The position numbers and the translations under genes are program-made. Shown here in pieces: positions 28,232 to 38,750 of a DNA stretch of 64,000 bases (its first letter is position 1; each line of letters opens with the position of its first letter). The DNA lies in the NCBI GenBank assembly GCA_963677925.2, contig CAXXYH010000004.1:1824001-1888000 (forward strand). Reading direction: 5' to 3'. Source of the stretch: Spirochaetia bacterium (GTDB lineage Bacteria > Spirochaetota > Spirochaetia > UBA9216). The notes under the pieces are model-generated. The model was not told where the DNA came from, searched no databases, and saw only the letters and a list, made by a program, of their open reading frames with translations.

Positions 28232-29855
28232 TTTGACAGTAACGGCAGAAAAAAAGTTCTCTTTACCGACCCTTCTGAAGGAGATCGGACTTTTAGTACT
28301 TTCTGCGGTTCTTTTTGCTTTATCGTTTCCCAACCTTCTAAATGAATGGGGGTTCTTCCCTGTTGCTTTTATTTGTTTAACCCCCATATTTATAGTTATT
28401 CATAATGCAGGGTGGCTGCGGACCGTTTTTTACGGGATGTTTTATGGGTACATCTGCTATGTCCTGTTCAATTACTGGCTGTCCACCTTTCATCCGCTGG
28501 CAATAGTTATTGTGCCGGTTATATATGCCGTGTACTTTCTTGTTCTGTTTCCATTTCTTAAACTTGCAGGTACGTTATTTCCAAAATGGGGCTTTATTGT
28601 TCAGGCTGGAGTCTGGCTTGCATATGAATATTTCAGAACACTAGGGTTTCTCGGGTATCCCTATGGCAATCTCGGCTATTCACAGTATCTTTTCAGACCA
28701 TTTATTCAGATTTCATCAGTAACCGGTTTCTGGTTTGTTTCCCTTTTAGTTGTTCTGCCTTCAGTATTTCTTGGAAATGCTTTGAGAGACGGTCTCAGAG
28801 AATTTGTAAATAATATTAAAAAACAGCGGATTTTTATCTATGTATATGCTGCACTTTTTGTTGCAGTCCTGATTTTCGGACTTTTTTCTCCGAAAGATTT
28901 TTCAGATGCCCGTCAGATTAAACTTGGATTTGTACAGCATAATGCAGATACCTGGAAAGGCGGTGTTAAAACCTACGAAAGCAATATGAACAAGATGATC
29001 GAACTCAGTAAGAAGGCTCTTGAGGAAGATCCTTCAATTGAGATGATGATCTGGTCTGAGACAGCCTTTGTTCCCGGGATTGATTATCACAGCAGATATA
29101 GAACAGAACCTGAAAAGTACAGACTTGTAAAAGAGCTCAAGGAATTTTTTGCCACCCAGGATATACCCTACGTCATAGGCAACGATGACGGGCAGTTGGA
29201 ACCTGATGAAAATGGTGATTTGAAGAGGGTTGATTATAATGCAGTACTTCTTTATGACGGAGATCTTCAGGCTACATACAGAAAAACTCATTTAGTGCCC
29301 TTTACTGAGAACTTTCCCTATCAGAAACAGATGCCCAGGTTTTATCAGGCTTTAAGGGATCATGATTTTCATTTCTGGAAGAAGGGGACTGAGTATACTG
29401 TTTTCGATGCTGCCGGAGTTAAATTCAGTACGCCTATCTGTTTTGAGGATGTATTCGGATACCTTTCAAGAGAGTTTGTTAATAACGGTGCTCAGATGAT
29501 AGTCAATCTGACCAACGATTCATGGTCAGGCTCTATTCCTGCAGAGATGCAGCATATGGCTATGGCGGTTTTCAGGGCAGTTGAGACCCGCAGAACCGTT
29601 GTTCGAGGAACTAATGCAGGAATTACCTGTACAATTGAACCGGACGGGGAGATAACGAATATCATCAGACCCTTTGAAGAGAATTATATGATAGCTTCAG
29701 TGCCTGTTTATGATAAGATTTACACCCTCTATCTGGCCTGGGGCGACTGGTTTGCCGTTCTGACTGTAATTCTGACTATAGCTGCGCTTATTGCAGGGGT
29801 GGTATTACGAATTAGGCGGTATGCTCTGCAAAATAGATTTGACAATCATCAATAA
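28224..29855 (+). CDS. lnt: Apolipoprotein N-acyltransferase
   Basis: Multiple TM helices; WSETA, YRKTHLVPFTE, PICFED, NLTNDSW. Confidence 0.95.
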   Translation: MNDLTVTAEKKFSLPTLLKEIGLLVLSAVLFALSFPNLLNEWGFFPVAFICLTPIFIVIHNAGWLRTVFYGMFYGYICYVLFNYWLSTFHPLAIVIVPVIYAVYFLVLFPFLKLAGTLFPKWGFIVQAGVWLAYEYFRTLGFLGYPYGNLGYSQYLFRPFIQISSVTGFWFVSLLVVLPSVFLGNALRDGLREFVNNIKKQRIFIYVYAALFVAVLIFGLFSPKDFSDARQIKLGFVQHNADTWKGGVKTYESNMNKMIELSKKALEEDPSIEMMIWSETAFVPGIDYHSRYRTEPEKYRLVKELKEFFATQDIPYVIGNDDGQLEPDENGDLKRVDYNAVLLYDGDLQATYRKTHLVPFTENFPYQKQMPRFYQALRDHDFHFWKKGTEYTVFDAAGVKFSTPICFEDVFGYLSREFVNNGAQMIVNLTNDSWSGSIPAEMQHMAMAVFRAVETRRTVVRGTNAGITCTIEPDGEITNIIRPFEENYMIASVPVYDKIYTLYLAWGDWFAVLTVILTIAALIAGVVLRIRRYALQNRFDNHQ

Positions 29856-29875
29856 GTGTATCATTATTAATTTAG

Positions 29876-30613
29876 ATGGAAAAAACCAGAATACTTATTG
29901 CAGATGATGAACCCGTAAATTTAGAGTTTTTTGATGTAACATTAAGCCGCCTTGGTTTTGATGTTGAGAAGGCTTCTGACGGGTATGAGACGCTTGAGAA
30001 AGTGAAAACTTTTGAACCTGATCTTGTTATCCTTGATAATATTATGCCCGGTCTTTCAGGCTGGAAGGTTACCAGCCTTCTTAAAACCAGCGATGAATAC
30101 GCTGAGTACCGTGATATACCAATTATTATGCTGTCGGCTATGGATAGCGTCAAAGATAAAGTGGAAGGTTTTGAGCTTGGTGTAGAAGACTATATTACAG
30201 AACCTTTTAATTTTTCAGAAGTTCTTGCCAGAATTCGGGCCGTTTTAAAGACCAGGGAACTGTCCAGGCAGGTTATTGCCAGGGAAAAAAGACTTTCTGT
30301 TCTTGAGTCACTTAACGAATCACTGAAGTATTTTACAGTTCATCTGAAAAAGCCGATGCAGGAGCTTGCAAATGAATGTTCTGAGCTTGACCTGAACGAC
30401 GCTGATGCAGTAAAAAATATTATTGAGAAAATTAAGAATGAGAGCAGAGAAGTTATTGCTGCGGTTGATGCTCTTGAAGATGAAATAAATGAATTTGAAG
30501 AAAATTCTGACAGCTTTTTCAGTGGTCAATCTATGAAGGATCTTGAAGAGAAATTCAGCAGGCATTTTCGCGCTTTGGGTGAAGAAGATTTTAATAAAGA
30601 GGCCCCGGTTTGA
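29876..30613 (+). CDS. Response regulator (REC plus coiled-coil / degenerate HisKA-like tail)
   Basis: ILIADDE, DLVILDNIMP, IIMLSA; the canonical KP is EP. Confidence 0.9.
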   Translation: MEKTRILIADDEPVNLEFFDVTLSRLGFDVEKASDGYETLEKVKTFEPDLVILDNIMPGLSGWKVTSLLKTSDEYAEYRDIPIIMLSAMDSVKDKVEGFELGVEDYITEPFNFSEVLARIRAVLKTRELSRQVIAREKRLSVLESLNESLKYFTVHLKKPMQELANECSELDLNDADAVKNIIEKIKNESREVIAAVDALEDEINEFEENSDSFFSGQSMKDLEEKFSRHFRALGEEDFNKEAPV

Positions 30614-30831
30614 TTACAGAAGAAAAAAAACAGGTATTATCACTTTTTTCTGAAGGAAGAAAATGTTATAAACTTATGGACTTTGAGAAAGCGAAAGACT
30701 ATTTTTTAAAAGCATTACAGATTGATAAAGAGGATGGTCCCTCAAAAGTTTATCTTGCCAGATGCAAGCATTATATCACATCTCCTCCCCCCGAGGATTG
30801 GGATGGGGTATTTGTGATGACTACAAAATAA
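30610..30831 (+). CDS. Small TPR protein resembling the C-terminal tail of class III adenylate cyclases
   Basis: One TPR followed by DGPSKVYLARC and PPPEDWDGVF..TTK. Confidence 0.75.
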   Translation: MITEEKKQVLSLFSEGRKCYKLMDFEKAKDYFLKALQIDKEDGPSKVYLARCKHYITSPPPEDWDGVFVMTTK

Positions 30832-30848
30832 TAATACAGCCGGAAGAT

Positions 30849-31262
30849 ATGAACAGAAAAGCAGAATTTTACAGATTTGATAAAGTAAATACAGTATTAA
30901 AAAATGGAACTGATTTTAATGGAATACTTAGATTCAGCAAACCTTTAAAGATAAATGGAAAATTTAATGGTGAGATTGAATCCGAAAGCATCCTGTATAT
31001 AGACACTGATGCAACTGTTACCGCTGACATCAAGGCAAAAACGGTAATTATCAGCGGGACTGTCAATGGCGATATTACTGCTGAGGAAAGAATTGAAATA
31101 CTAGCTGAAGGCAAGGTTAAAGGCAATCTTAAAACTTCACGGCTGAAAATATCCGATGGAGTTAAATTTGAAGGCAAATGCAGCATGATCAGGAACCCTG
31201 AATCTGTTGATGTCTTCTCAGCCAGGGTTGAGAAACTTAAAGAAATCGTAAAGAACGTCTGA
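30849..31262 (+). CDS. Bactofilin (second copy)
   Basis: TVLKNGTDFNGIL, KINGKFNGEI, GVKFEGKC; probable ATG at 30849. Confidence 0.9.
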   Translation: MNRKAEFYRFDKVNTVLKNGTDFNGILRFSKPLKINGKFNGEIESESILYIDTDATVTADIKAKTVIISGTVNGDITAEERIEILAEGKVKGNLKTSRLKISDGVKFEGKCSMIRNPESVDVFSARVEKLKEIVKNV

Positions 31263-31282
31263 AACCTTTGGTGTTTTAATAC

Positions 31283-31311
31283 TTGACAGCCCTTTGTTGA
31301 ATAACTATATT
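31283..31311 (+). promoter_or_regulatory. sigma70 promoter of rho
   Basis: TTGACA-17 nt-TATATT. Confidence 0.7.
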
Positions 31312-31407
31312 GTAGGCATCGTAAAATTCTTTTTTCGATTACCCGCATGGTTTTTAAAATAATACTATAGAACAATTCGTATAGAAAATAATCTTACTGG
31401 AGATTTT

Positions 31408-33114
31408 ATGGCGATAATTCGAAAGAAGCAGGCTGCTGTCGAAGTTATTGATACAGAAGCCGGTGCTTCAGAAGAAAACCAACAGGAGCTCAATCTTGTT
31501 GAGTCAGGAGCAGAGACTGCATTAGACGCTGAAGCTGTGACCGAAACAGATAAGGCAGAGGGGAAAACTGAAGTCGAGGCAGAAGCTCCGTCTACAGAAT
31601 CACCCACTCAGGAGTCTGAAGCTCCTAAAAAAAGAGCTGTCAAGAAAAAAAAGGTGAGGGTCGAGATAGTTAAGGCTGATGATTCCGCTGACGGTGATAC
31701 AGATATAGAAAAAAATGAATCTGTAAAGAAGGAAACCCCGGATAATCAGGGGGCCAGACGGCCGATTGACCGTAAAAACAGAAAAAGTTATGTAAGAACC
31801 AAAAATAACAATGATGAACCACTCGGCGATGGTGAGAAGCTGAGTATAAATGACCTCACAAACATGAATATGAGGGAACTGAGGGATCTTGCAATATCCT
31901 ATCAGATTACCAGTGAAGAGCTGATGTCGATGAAAAAACAGGAAATTATTTTTTCTGTACTCAAGGCTCATACAGTCGGCGGCGGTCAGATTCATGCCTA
32001 CGGTTCACTTGAAATACTTCCGGACGGATACGGTTTTTTGAGATCGCCTCAGAACTCTTATCTTCCCGGTTCAGACGATATATATATTTCACCGTCTCAG
32101 ATACGTCTTTTTAATCTTAGGACTGGTGATACGGTAGGCGGACAGATAAGACCACCGAAGGAAGGAGAGCGTTTCTTTGCAATGCTCAGGGTTGAAAAGG
32201 TTAACTTTAATGATCCTATCGAGGCTCAGACAAGAATTCCTTTTGACAACCTTACTCCCTTATATCCTGAAGTCAGGCTGGATATGGAGACAAAAACAGA
32301 AGATTTGTCCACCAGGATGATAAATCTGTTCTGTCCGATTGGAAAAGGACAGCGAGGTCTTATTGTTTCTCCGCCAAGAACCGGTAAAACCATTCTTCTT
32401 CAGCAGATTGCCAATGCTATTACTACCAATCATCCTGAAGTGTTTCTGATGGTTCTGCTTATTGATGAGCGTCCTGAAGAAGTTACAGATATGAGACGAA
32501 ATGTTAAGGGCGAAGTTATTGCTTCGACATTTGATGAACAGGCTACAAGACATGTTCAGGTTGCTGAGATGGTCCTTGAAAAGGCCAAAAGGCTTGTAGA
32601 GCATAAAAAGGATGTTGTTATCCTTCTGGACTCAATTACAAGACTTGCAAGAGCATATAACCAGACTGTTCCTACATCAGGAAAGATTCTTTCGGGCGGT
32701 GTTGACTCAAACGCACTCCACAAACCGAAAAGATTCTTCGGTGCGGCAAGAAACGTAGAGCAGGGCGGAAGCCTTACTATCGTTGCAACTGCACTTATTG
32801 ATACAGGAAGCAGGATGGATGAAGTTATCTTTGAGGAATTCAAGGGTACCGGTAATATGGAGATTAACCTTGACCGAAGGATGTCTGACCGGCGTCTTTA
32901 TCCGGCTATCAATATCAAGAAGTCGGGTACGAGAAAGGAAGATCTTCTGCTTCTGGAAGAGGAACTGAGTAAACTCTGGGTACTCAGGAAGGTAATTAAT
33001 CCGATGGATGATATCGAAATTACCGAGCTGTTAATTGACAAAATGCGAAAAACCAAGAATAATGAGGCTTTCCTTAGATCGATGAACACTACAGGTGTAA
33101 GTTCAGATATATAG
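31408..33114 (+). CDS. rho: Transcription termination factor Rho with a charged N-terminal extension
   Basis: [34 protein letters not shown]. Confidence 0.98.
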   Translation: MAIIRKKQAAVEVIDTEAGASEENQQELNLVESGAETALDAEAVTETDKAEGKTEVEAEAPSTESPTQESEAPKKRAVKKKKVRVEIVKADDSADGDTDIEKNESVKKETPDNQGARRPIDRKNRKSYVRTKNNNDEPLGDGEKLSINDLTNMNMRELRDLAISYQITSEELMSMKKQEIIFSVLKAHTVGGGQIHAYGSLEILPDGYGFLRSPQNSYLPGSDDIYISPSQIRLFNLRTGDTVGGQIRPPKEGERFFAMLRVEKVNFNDPIEAQTRIPFDNLTPLYPEVRLDMETKTEDLSTRMINLFCPIGKGQRGLIVSPPRTGKTILLQQIANAITTNHPEVFLMVLLIDERPEEVTDMRRNVKGEVIASTFDEQATRHVQVAEMVLEKAKRLVEHKKDVVILLDSITRLARAYNQTVPTSGKILSGGVDSNALHKPKRFFGAARNVEQGGSLTIVATALIDTGSRMDEVIFEEFKGTGNMEINLDRRMSDRRLYPAINIKKSGTRKEDLLLLEEELSKLWVLRKVINPMDDIEITELLIDKMRKTKNNEAFLRSMNTTGVSSDI

Positions 33115-33140
33115 ATGAAGGCAATATGGAGGTCCGTAAA

Positions 33141-33350
33141 ATGAAAAAAGACATTCATCCTAACTATGAAATGACAGAGATTAAATGTGCATGCGGTAAT
33201 GTGATCAACACAAGAGCCACAGTTAAAGATATTGAAGTGGAAATTTGTTCTCAGTGCCATCCTTTCTTTACTGGAAAGCAGAAACTAGTTGATACTGCCG
33301 GCCGTGTTGAAAGATTCAACAGAAAATACGGTATCAAGACTGAAAAATAA
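33141..33350 (+). CDS. rpmE: 50S ribosomal protein L31 (Zn-binding type)
   Basis: [29 protein letters not shown]. Confidence 0.98.
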   Translation: MKKDIHPNYEMTEIKCACGNVINTRATVKDIEVEICSQCHPFFTGKQKLVDTAGRVERFNRKYGIKTEK

Positions 33351-33370
33351 GTCATTTTATTATGAAATTC

Positions 33371-33403
33371 AGGGCTGACTGATAAAAAGTCAGCCCTTTT
33401 TTT
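33371..33403 (+). terminator. Intrinsic terminator after rpmE
   Basis: AGGGCTGACT...AGTCAGCCCT followed by a T tract. Confidence 0.85.
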
Positions 33404-33516
33404 ACTGATAATCAAAACTATTTTTAATTATTCTCAACCGTATGATGACCTTCTGTTTGGGCTTTTTTAATTAATTTATTTGCAAATATTTGCTATTTCT
33501 TTTAATATAAAGCTGG

Positions 33517-34677
33517 ATGGACAGAATAATTGCCGCCCATACTAAAGAATACAACTCAAAGCCTGCTGTTATTGCTTCGGCTCCCGGCATACTGAATTTG
33601 ATGGGTGAGCACACAGATTATAATGAAGGCTGTGTTATTCAGATAGCCATCAACCGCAGCACTACTGTCGCGGTTTCTCCCCGTAAAGATAACTCTCTTA
33701 GATTTTACCTTTCCGATACAGAAGAACGAAAACGTACAACTATTCCTAACCTTAAATACAAAAGAGAAGACCGCTGGGCAAATTATCCGAAGGGCGTGCT
33801 TTTTGAACTTGTAAATATGGGATACCCTGTTAAAGGCCTCGATGTAACGATATCAGGAGATATAATACCCGGTATCGGCCTTGGCGCATCAGCTGCTATG
33901 GAAGTTGCATTTGCTGCAGCTGTAAGTAAGCTGTTTAAACTGGAACTTTCCGACAGCCAGCTTATCCAGGCTGCATCCTATTCTGAATCAACCTTTATCG
34001 GCCGGAATACTGAGTTGACAGATCAGTTCATTTCAACGATATCAAAGAGCGGTAAGGCCGTTTATCTTGATCTGCGTACCCTTGATTTTGAATATCTGCC
34101 TCTTAAAATGCCAGATTTAAATTTTGTAATAATAAATTCAAATGTTCCAGGTACAGATTCAGTCCGTGAAGCGGAGCTTCAGGAAAGAAAACAGCAGTGT
34201 GTTGAATGTGTAGATTACCTGAATAGAAAAAAGCCCGGTAAGAGTCTGCGTGATTACTCTATGGAGGATATTACCGGCGGTCTGGGGCTATTGCCTGAAG
34301 GTATCAGGCGGATATGCACGCATGTGATCGGAGAAACCCAGCGGGCTATTGAGGCTAAGGATACAATAATCTCAGGAAGTTATGATATTTTCGGACGTAT
34401 GATGAACCGATCACACGAGAGTCTCAGGGATAATTATGAAGTTTCATGCCCAGAAATTGACTGGCTTGTAAAACGTTCCCAGGAAATGGAGGGCGTTCTC
34501 GGCTCCAGAATGACCGGGGGCGGTTTCGGCGGCTGTACTGTTACACTTCTTGAATCAAGACTCCTTGACAATTACATTGAAAGACTGCAAGAATATGAGC
34601 ATATATTCGGATTCACGCCGGAGATCTTTGTTTGTGAACCTTCCGGAGGCGTAAAGATTCTATTTCCCGGCGATTGA
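33517..34677 (+). CDS. galK: Galactokinase (GHMP kinase)
   Basis: NLMGEHTDYN, GSRMTGGGFGGC, SLRDNYEVSCPE. Confidence 0.88.
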   Translation: MDRIIAAHTKEYNSKPAVIASAPGILNLMGEHTDYNEGCVIQIAINRSTTVAVSPRKDNSLRFYLSDTEERKRTTIPNLKYKREDRWANYPKGVLFELVNMGYPVKGLDVTISGDIIPGIGLGASAAMEVAFAAAVSKLFKLELSDSQLIQAASYSESTFIGRNTELTDQFISTISKSGKAVYLDLRTLDFEYLPLKMPDLNFVIINSNVPGTDSVREAELQERKQQCVECVDYLNRKKPGKSLRDYSMEDITGGLGLLPEGIRRICTHVIGETQRAIEAKDTIISGSYDIFGRMMNRSHESLRDNYEVSCPEIDWLVKRSQEMEGVLGSRMTGGGFGGCTVTLLESRLLDNYIERLQEYEHIFGFTPEIFVCEPSGGVKILFPGD

Positions 34678-34684
34678 GGAAATA

Positions 34685-35419
34685 ATGCGTATACTAATTA
34701 CAAATGACGACGGTATCAAAAGTCCGGGACTGAAAGCCCTGAATGATGCCTTTACTGATCATGAAGTCTGGGTCGTTGCTCCTGATAAAGAACAGAGCGG
34801 CCAGTCACATTCCATAACATTCAGAAAACCGGTTTGTTTTGAACCTCATGGGGAAAGAGCATTCGCCTGTGACGGAAGCCCGGCAGACTGTGTAATGTAC
34901 TCTTCTCTCGGCGCCATACCGGTTAAGCCTGATATAGTGGTCTCGGGCATAAATTTAGGTGCAAACCTGGGTACCGATCTTATCTTTTCAGGGACTGCTG
35001 CTGCGGCCCGGCAGGCTGCATTGATGGGAATTCCCGGCATAGCCGTTTCTGTGGATACTTTTTTTGAGCCGTTTTACTTCAAGGGCCTGGCTGACTTTGT
35101 TGCGAGAAACCTCGAACTGATTACTAAGTTGTGGCATCCTGATCATTTTATAAATATTAACGGACCAAATCAGAGCGAGGCCTACAGCGGTGTAAAGGTA
35201 ACAAGTCCTTCAAGAAGGAATTACCGTGACAGCCTTATGCGTTTTGATGCGCCCAGGGGCGGTTCTTATTTTTTCCTTAAAGGAGATCTTGATAAGACCA
35301 CAGAGCCCGGAACGGATGCCGATGCCGTTGCAAATGGCTATATCTCAATATCTCCGGTTTTTCTGCATCCCCAGAACCGCTCAGAAGAGGAAGCGTATCT
35401 AAAGGCGGATTTCAAATAG
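34685..35419 (+). CDS. surE: 5'/3'-nucleotidase SurE
   Basis: ITNDDG, VAP, GSPADC, SGINLGANLG, SGT. Confidence 0.96.
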   Translation: MRILITNDDGIKSPGLKALNDAFTDHEVWVVAPDKEQSGQSHSITFRKPVCFEPHGERAFACDGSPADCVMYSSLGAIPVKPDIVVSGINLGANLGTDLIFSGTAAAARQAALMGIPGIAVSVDTFFEPFYFKGLADFVARNLELITKLWHPDHFININGPNQSEAYSGVKVTSPSRRNYRDSLMRFDAPRGGSYFFLKGDLDKTTEPGTDADAVANGYISISPVFLHPQNRSEEEAYLKADFK

Positions 35420-35422
35420 TTT

Positions 35423-36118
35423 ATGGCGGATCATTTTCAGGAAGGAAAGCAGTTATACAAAAATCAGAAGTACCGGCAGGCTGTGTCATCGTTTCTTAAA
35501 GTAAGCGAAACTCCGCTTGATATTCCGGATTTATCCTACTACATGGGCTTGTGCTACGCAAAGATTGAAGACTGGGATGAAGCACTGTTGTACCTCGAGT
35601 CAGTAGTAAATAATCATGACAATATTCTCAGGATCTATCAGAGCAGGATGATATTGAGTTATATTTATACTGTTACCGGACGGATAAAACTTGCGGAATT
35701 TGAGTTAAAGAAACTTCTTGATGAAGGTTTTGAGTCCCCCCAGGTTTATGCAAACTACAGCTTTATATACTTTGAGGCCGGAAAGCATGAAAAGGCTATT
35801 GACTGTCTGAATAAAGCAATAAAGCTTGACAGCTCAAATGCGAACGCTATTAATTCCCTGGGATATATTCTCGCTGATAAGAAAATGGATATAGAGCAGG
35901 CAGTTGAATACTGTAAAAGAGCCGTTAAACTTAATCCTGACAATCCCGCCTATCTCGATTCTCTGGGCTGGGCTTTTTACAGATCCGGTAAGAATGATGA
36001 AGCCAGGCATTATCTCAAGCGGGCTTTCGAATTGGCCGGCAGCAATAAGACCATTTCGGCTCATTTACGCACGGTTCTTGATGATATAGAACGTAAAAAA
36101 AAGCTTAAAGCAAGGTGA
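35423..36118 (+). CDS. TPR protein
   Basis: NSLGYILAD, PAYLDSLGWAFY repeats. Confidence 0.88.
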   Translation: MADHFQEGKQLYKNQKYRQAVSSFLKVSETPLDIPDLSYYMGLCYAKIEDWDEALLYLESVVNNHDNILRIYQSRMILSYIYTVTGRIKLAEFELKKLLDEGFESPQVYANYSFIYFEAGKHEKAIDCLNKAIKLDSSNANAINSLGYILADKKMDIEQAVEYCKRAVKLNPDNPAYLDSLGWAFYRSGKNDEARHYLKRAFELAGSNKTISAHLRTVLDDIERKKKLKAR

Positions 36119-36174
36119 TTTTTTACTTATTACATGCATTAAAGTGTCGAAAATTTAAATGTGGAGACATGATA

Positions 36175-36339
36175 ATGCGTGTAGAAAGTTCTATAAGTAC
36201 AAATGTCAGACCTCCTGAGACTTTAAGAAACAGTAAAGAAGTTGTAGCAGCTGATGATATTAAAACCATTCTATTTCTGGGGATTAGAAGTGATCTGCCT
36301 GTAAACCGTCAGGAGAGGAAGGTAGATATATTTGCATAA
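36175..36339 (+). CDS. Small hypothetical protein (about 54 aa)
   Basis: SD GGAG then ATG 36175; fills the gap between two genes; ends KVDIFA. Confidence 0.55.
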   Translation: MRVESSISTNVRPPETLRNSKEVVAADDIKTILFLGIRSDLPVNRQERKVDIFA

Positions 36340-36342
36340 CAG

Positions 36343-38415
36343 GTGTATACTTTTCCTGTGAAAAAAACCGGATTATCAAGCAGCTGCAGATTTCTATTTC
36401 TTCTGATTTTTTCTATTTTTTTTATTGGTCAGAATATTTACTCACAGGATAAAATTGATCTTGATCAGCTCAGCGCTTCGGAAGAATTCAAGTGGGGTGT
36501 AAAGGCCTACCACAGGGGAATCTTTGCCGAAGCTGCGCGTGCATTCGAGAGGGCGCTTGCATATAAACCTGAGAATGCGGAATATCAGCAGTGGCTGGGG
36601 CTGTCATGGTACAGATCCGGGTTTACCGATGAGGCGCTTAATATATGGAGTACTCTTTCATCAGCTGGTAAAGCAGATTCAATTCTTTTGAACCGGCTGG
36701 AAATTCTTGAACAGAAAACCGGCATAGAGGGATCCTTTGCTCCTTCCGGACGATATCTGAACGCTCTGAACCTCAGCGGCGATCTTCCTGATTACAGTCT
36801 TTTTAAAAGGCCGTCCTCAATTTATCCCGATAAAAACGGCGGTTTTTTTCTCTCATCCTATGGAACCAATGAAATCCTCAGATTTAATTCCAACGCTGCA
36901 GTTACCGGACGTCTAAACGGTGGTCTTGAAGGCTTTAACCATCCATTTGATGTTGTAATTGGAGATAACGGTCTAGTGTATGTCAGTGAGTTCAATGGAG
37001 ATAGAATTACCCGTTGTACTGTTGCCGGCAGGGAGTTGATCCGTTTCGGAGAAACCGGCCGGGGAGAGGGGCAGCTTCTCGGACCTCAGTTTATGGCTTT
37101 CGATGACAAGGGGTACCTTTATGTTACCGATTCCGGAAACCGCCGTGTTGTGAAATTCGATTCTGATGGTAATTACATACTTGATTTCGGAACAAAAACC
37201 TATAATTTTAAAGGTCTCGGCTATCCTACCGGCATTGCCTGCATCAGCGGTTTTGTATATGTGGCTGATGCCAGAAACGGTTCGGTAACAGTGTTCGACC
37301 AAAGCGGAAACTATATTTCTGTACTTGCTCAGGGTAAATTCAACAGGCCGGAAGGTTTGTCGGTAAAATCACCGGAGAATCTCTTTGTTGCCGATTCGAC
37401 CAGAATAATGAATCTGAACACTGAAACCGGTATGGTTACAATGGTATCTGAACTCGAAGGCGAAGGGGATAAGGTTATGAAGGCTGTAGTTGATTCAAAC
37501 AACAATCTTCTTACCGCCGATTTTGATCGCAATGCTGTGACTGTCCTTACGGAAATGGCAAACCTTTATTCAGGCCTTTTTGTTCAGATTGACAGAGTTG
37601 ACTCCTCACGTTTCCCTGAAATTACTGTAGACATAAGGGTGCAGGACAGACTTGGAGTACCATTTGTAGGTCTTCTTCCCAACAATTTTGTATTAACTGA
37701 TAATAACTATCAGGCCTCGGATGTGAATCTTCTTTTCAGCGGGAACACTGTCAGCAGCTCAAATATTGCAGTGCTTCTTGATTGTAGAGAGTCTATGTCC
37801 GCATATGTTGATGAATCTTCCAAAGCTGTCAGTTCTTTGTATGATGCTGTTGATGGTCATGCTTCGCTGAGGCTCATATCCTCAGGAAGTAATCCGGCAA
37901 CAGAGAATAATCCGGGCGAAGGTATCAGAAATATGCTTGATTCGGTGGCTAAGTCTGAGATTTATGCTTCTGATGCCAGATTCGATCTCGGGCTCAGGCA
38001 TGCTGTTTCTGAATTGATTCCCGGCAGGGGACGCAGGTCGATTGTATATATCACTGATGGCGGTACTTCGGACTATACTTTCGAGCAGTTTCATCCTATT
38101 GAGCTCGCTGATTATATGCTGAATAATGGAATCAGTTTTTACTGCATAACATTGAATAACAAAGAAGAACCCGATGCCGGATATCAATATCTGTGTGAAA
38201 AAACCGGTGGGGAGATAATCTATCTTTACCGTCCGGAAGGGCTGAAAGGTCTGGTTGAGATGATAAACGGCAAACCTGATGGAAGTTATACGCTTGGTTT
38301 CAGATCAATGTTTATTAATGTTTCTCCGGATGATTACATCCCTATTGAGGTTGAGGCTTTTCTATTCAACCGCAGCGGAAGAGAAAAATCAGGATATTAT
38401 AAGCCGGAAATTTGA
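36343..38415 (+). CDS. Exported TPR + NHL beta-propeller + VWA-like protein
   Basis: Signal peptide, N-terminal TPR, NHL repeats (LYVTDSGNRRVVKFD), C-terminal VLLDCRES...IVYITDG. Confidence 0.82.
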   Translation: MYTFPVKKTGLSSSCRFLFLLIFSIFFIGQNIYSQDKIDLDQLSASEEFKWGVKAYHRGIFAEAARAFERALAYKPENAEYQQWLGLSWYRSGFTDEALNIWSTLSSAGKADSILLNRLEILEQKTGIEGSFAPSGRYLNALNLSGDLPDYSLFKRPSSIYPDKNGGFFLSSYGTNEILRFNSNAAVTGRLNGGLEGFNHPFDVVIGDNGLVYVSEFNGDRITRCTVAGRELIRFGETGRGEGQLLGPQFMAFDDKGYLYVTDSGNRRVVKFDSDGNYILDFGTKTYNFKGLGYPTGIACISGFVYVADARNGSVTVFDQSGNYISVLAQGKFNRPEGLSVKSPENLFVADSTRIMNLNTETGMVTMVSELEGEGDKVMKAVVDSNNNLLTADFDRNAVTVLTEMANLYSGLFVQIDRVDSSRFPEITVDIRVQDRLGVPFVGLLPNNFVLTDNNYQASDVNLLFSGNTVSSSNIAVLLDCRESMSAYVDESSKAVSSLYDAVDGHASLRLISSGSNPATENNPGEGIRNMLDSVAKSEIYASDARFDLGLRHAVSELIPGRGRRSIVYITDGGTSDYTFEQFHPIELADYMLNNGISFYCITLNNKEEPDAGYQYLCEKTGGEIIYLYRPEGLKGLVEMINGKPDGSYTLGFRSMFINVSPDDYIPIEVEAFLFNRSGREKSGYYKPEI

Positions 38416-38417
38416 TA

Positions 38418-38750
38418 ATGTCAGGTAAGTTTAAACAGCGCTGGGAATCGTACTGTAACGGCTGTGGCCAGTGCTGCTGTGAAAAATACCCCAAATCTTT
38501 TTATGAGTTCGAATCCCAATTCCCGAAAGGCAGACTGTCGGTAAACCAGAAATATTTCATAGATTTCTCAAGAACCTGCAGATTTTTCAATATCGAAACC
38601 GGACAGTGTCTGGTGTATCACAGCAGGTTTAAAGACTGTTCTACCTGCATTCCTATGACAATTTTTCATGCTCTTTTTGCAGGATTCCTGCCGAAAGAAT
38701 GCGGTTATGTAATGAAATTCAGACCATGGCTAAGGTGGAAAGACAAATGA
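38418..38750 (+). CDS. CxxCxxCC (YkgJ/UPF0153-like) metal-cluster protein
   Basis: WESYCNGCGQCC, CRFF, CLVY..R...C, LP..CGY. Confidence 0.8.
   Translation: MSGKFKQRWESYCNGCGQCCCEKYPKSFYEFESQFPKGRLSVNQKYFIDFSRTCRFFNIETGQCLVYHSRFKDCSTCIPMTIFHALFAGFLPKECGYVMKFRPWLRWKDK

Noticed and set aside
31408-31850. Rho N-terminal extension as a novelty
   Set aside because: Low-complexity N-terminal insertions in Rho are common and already described
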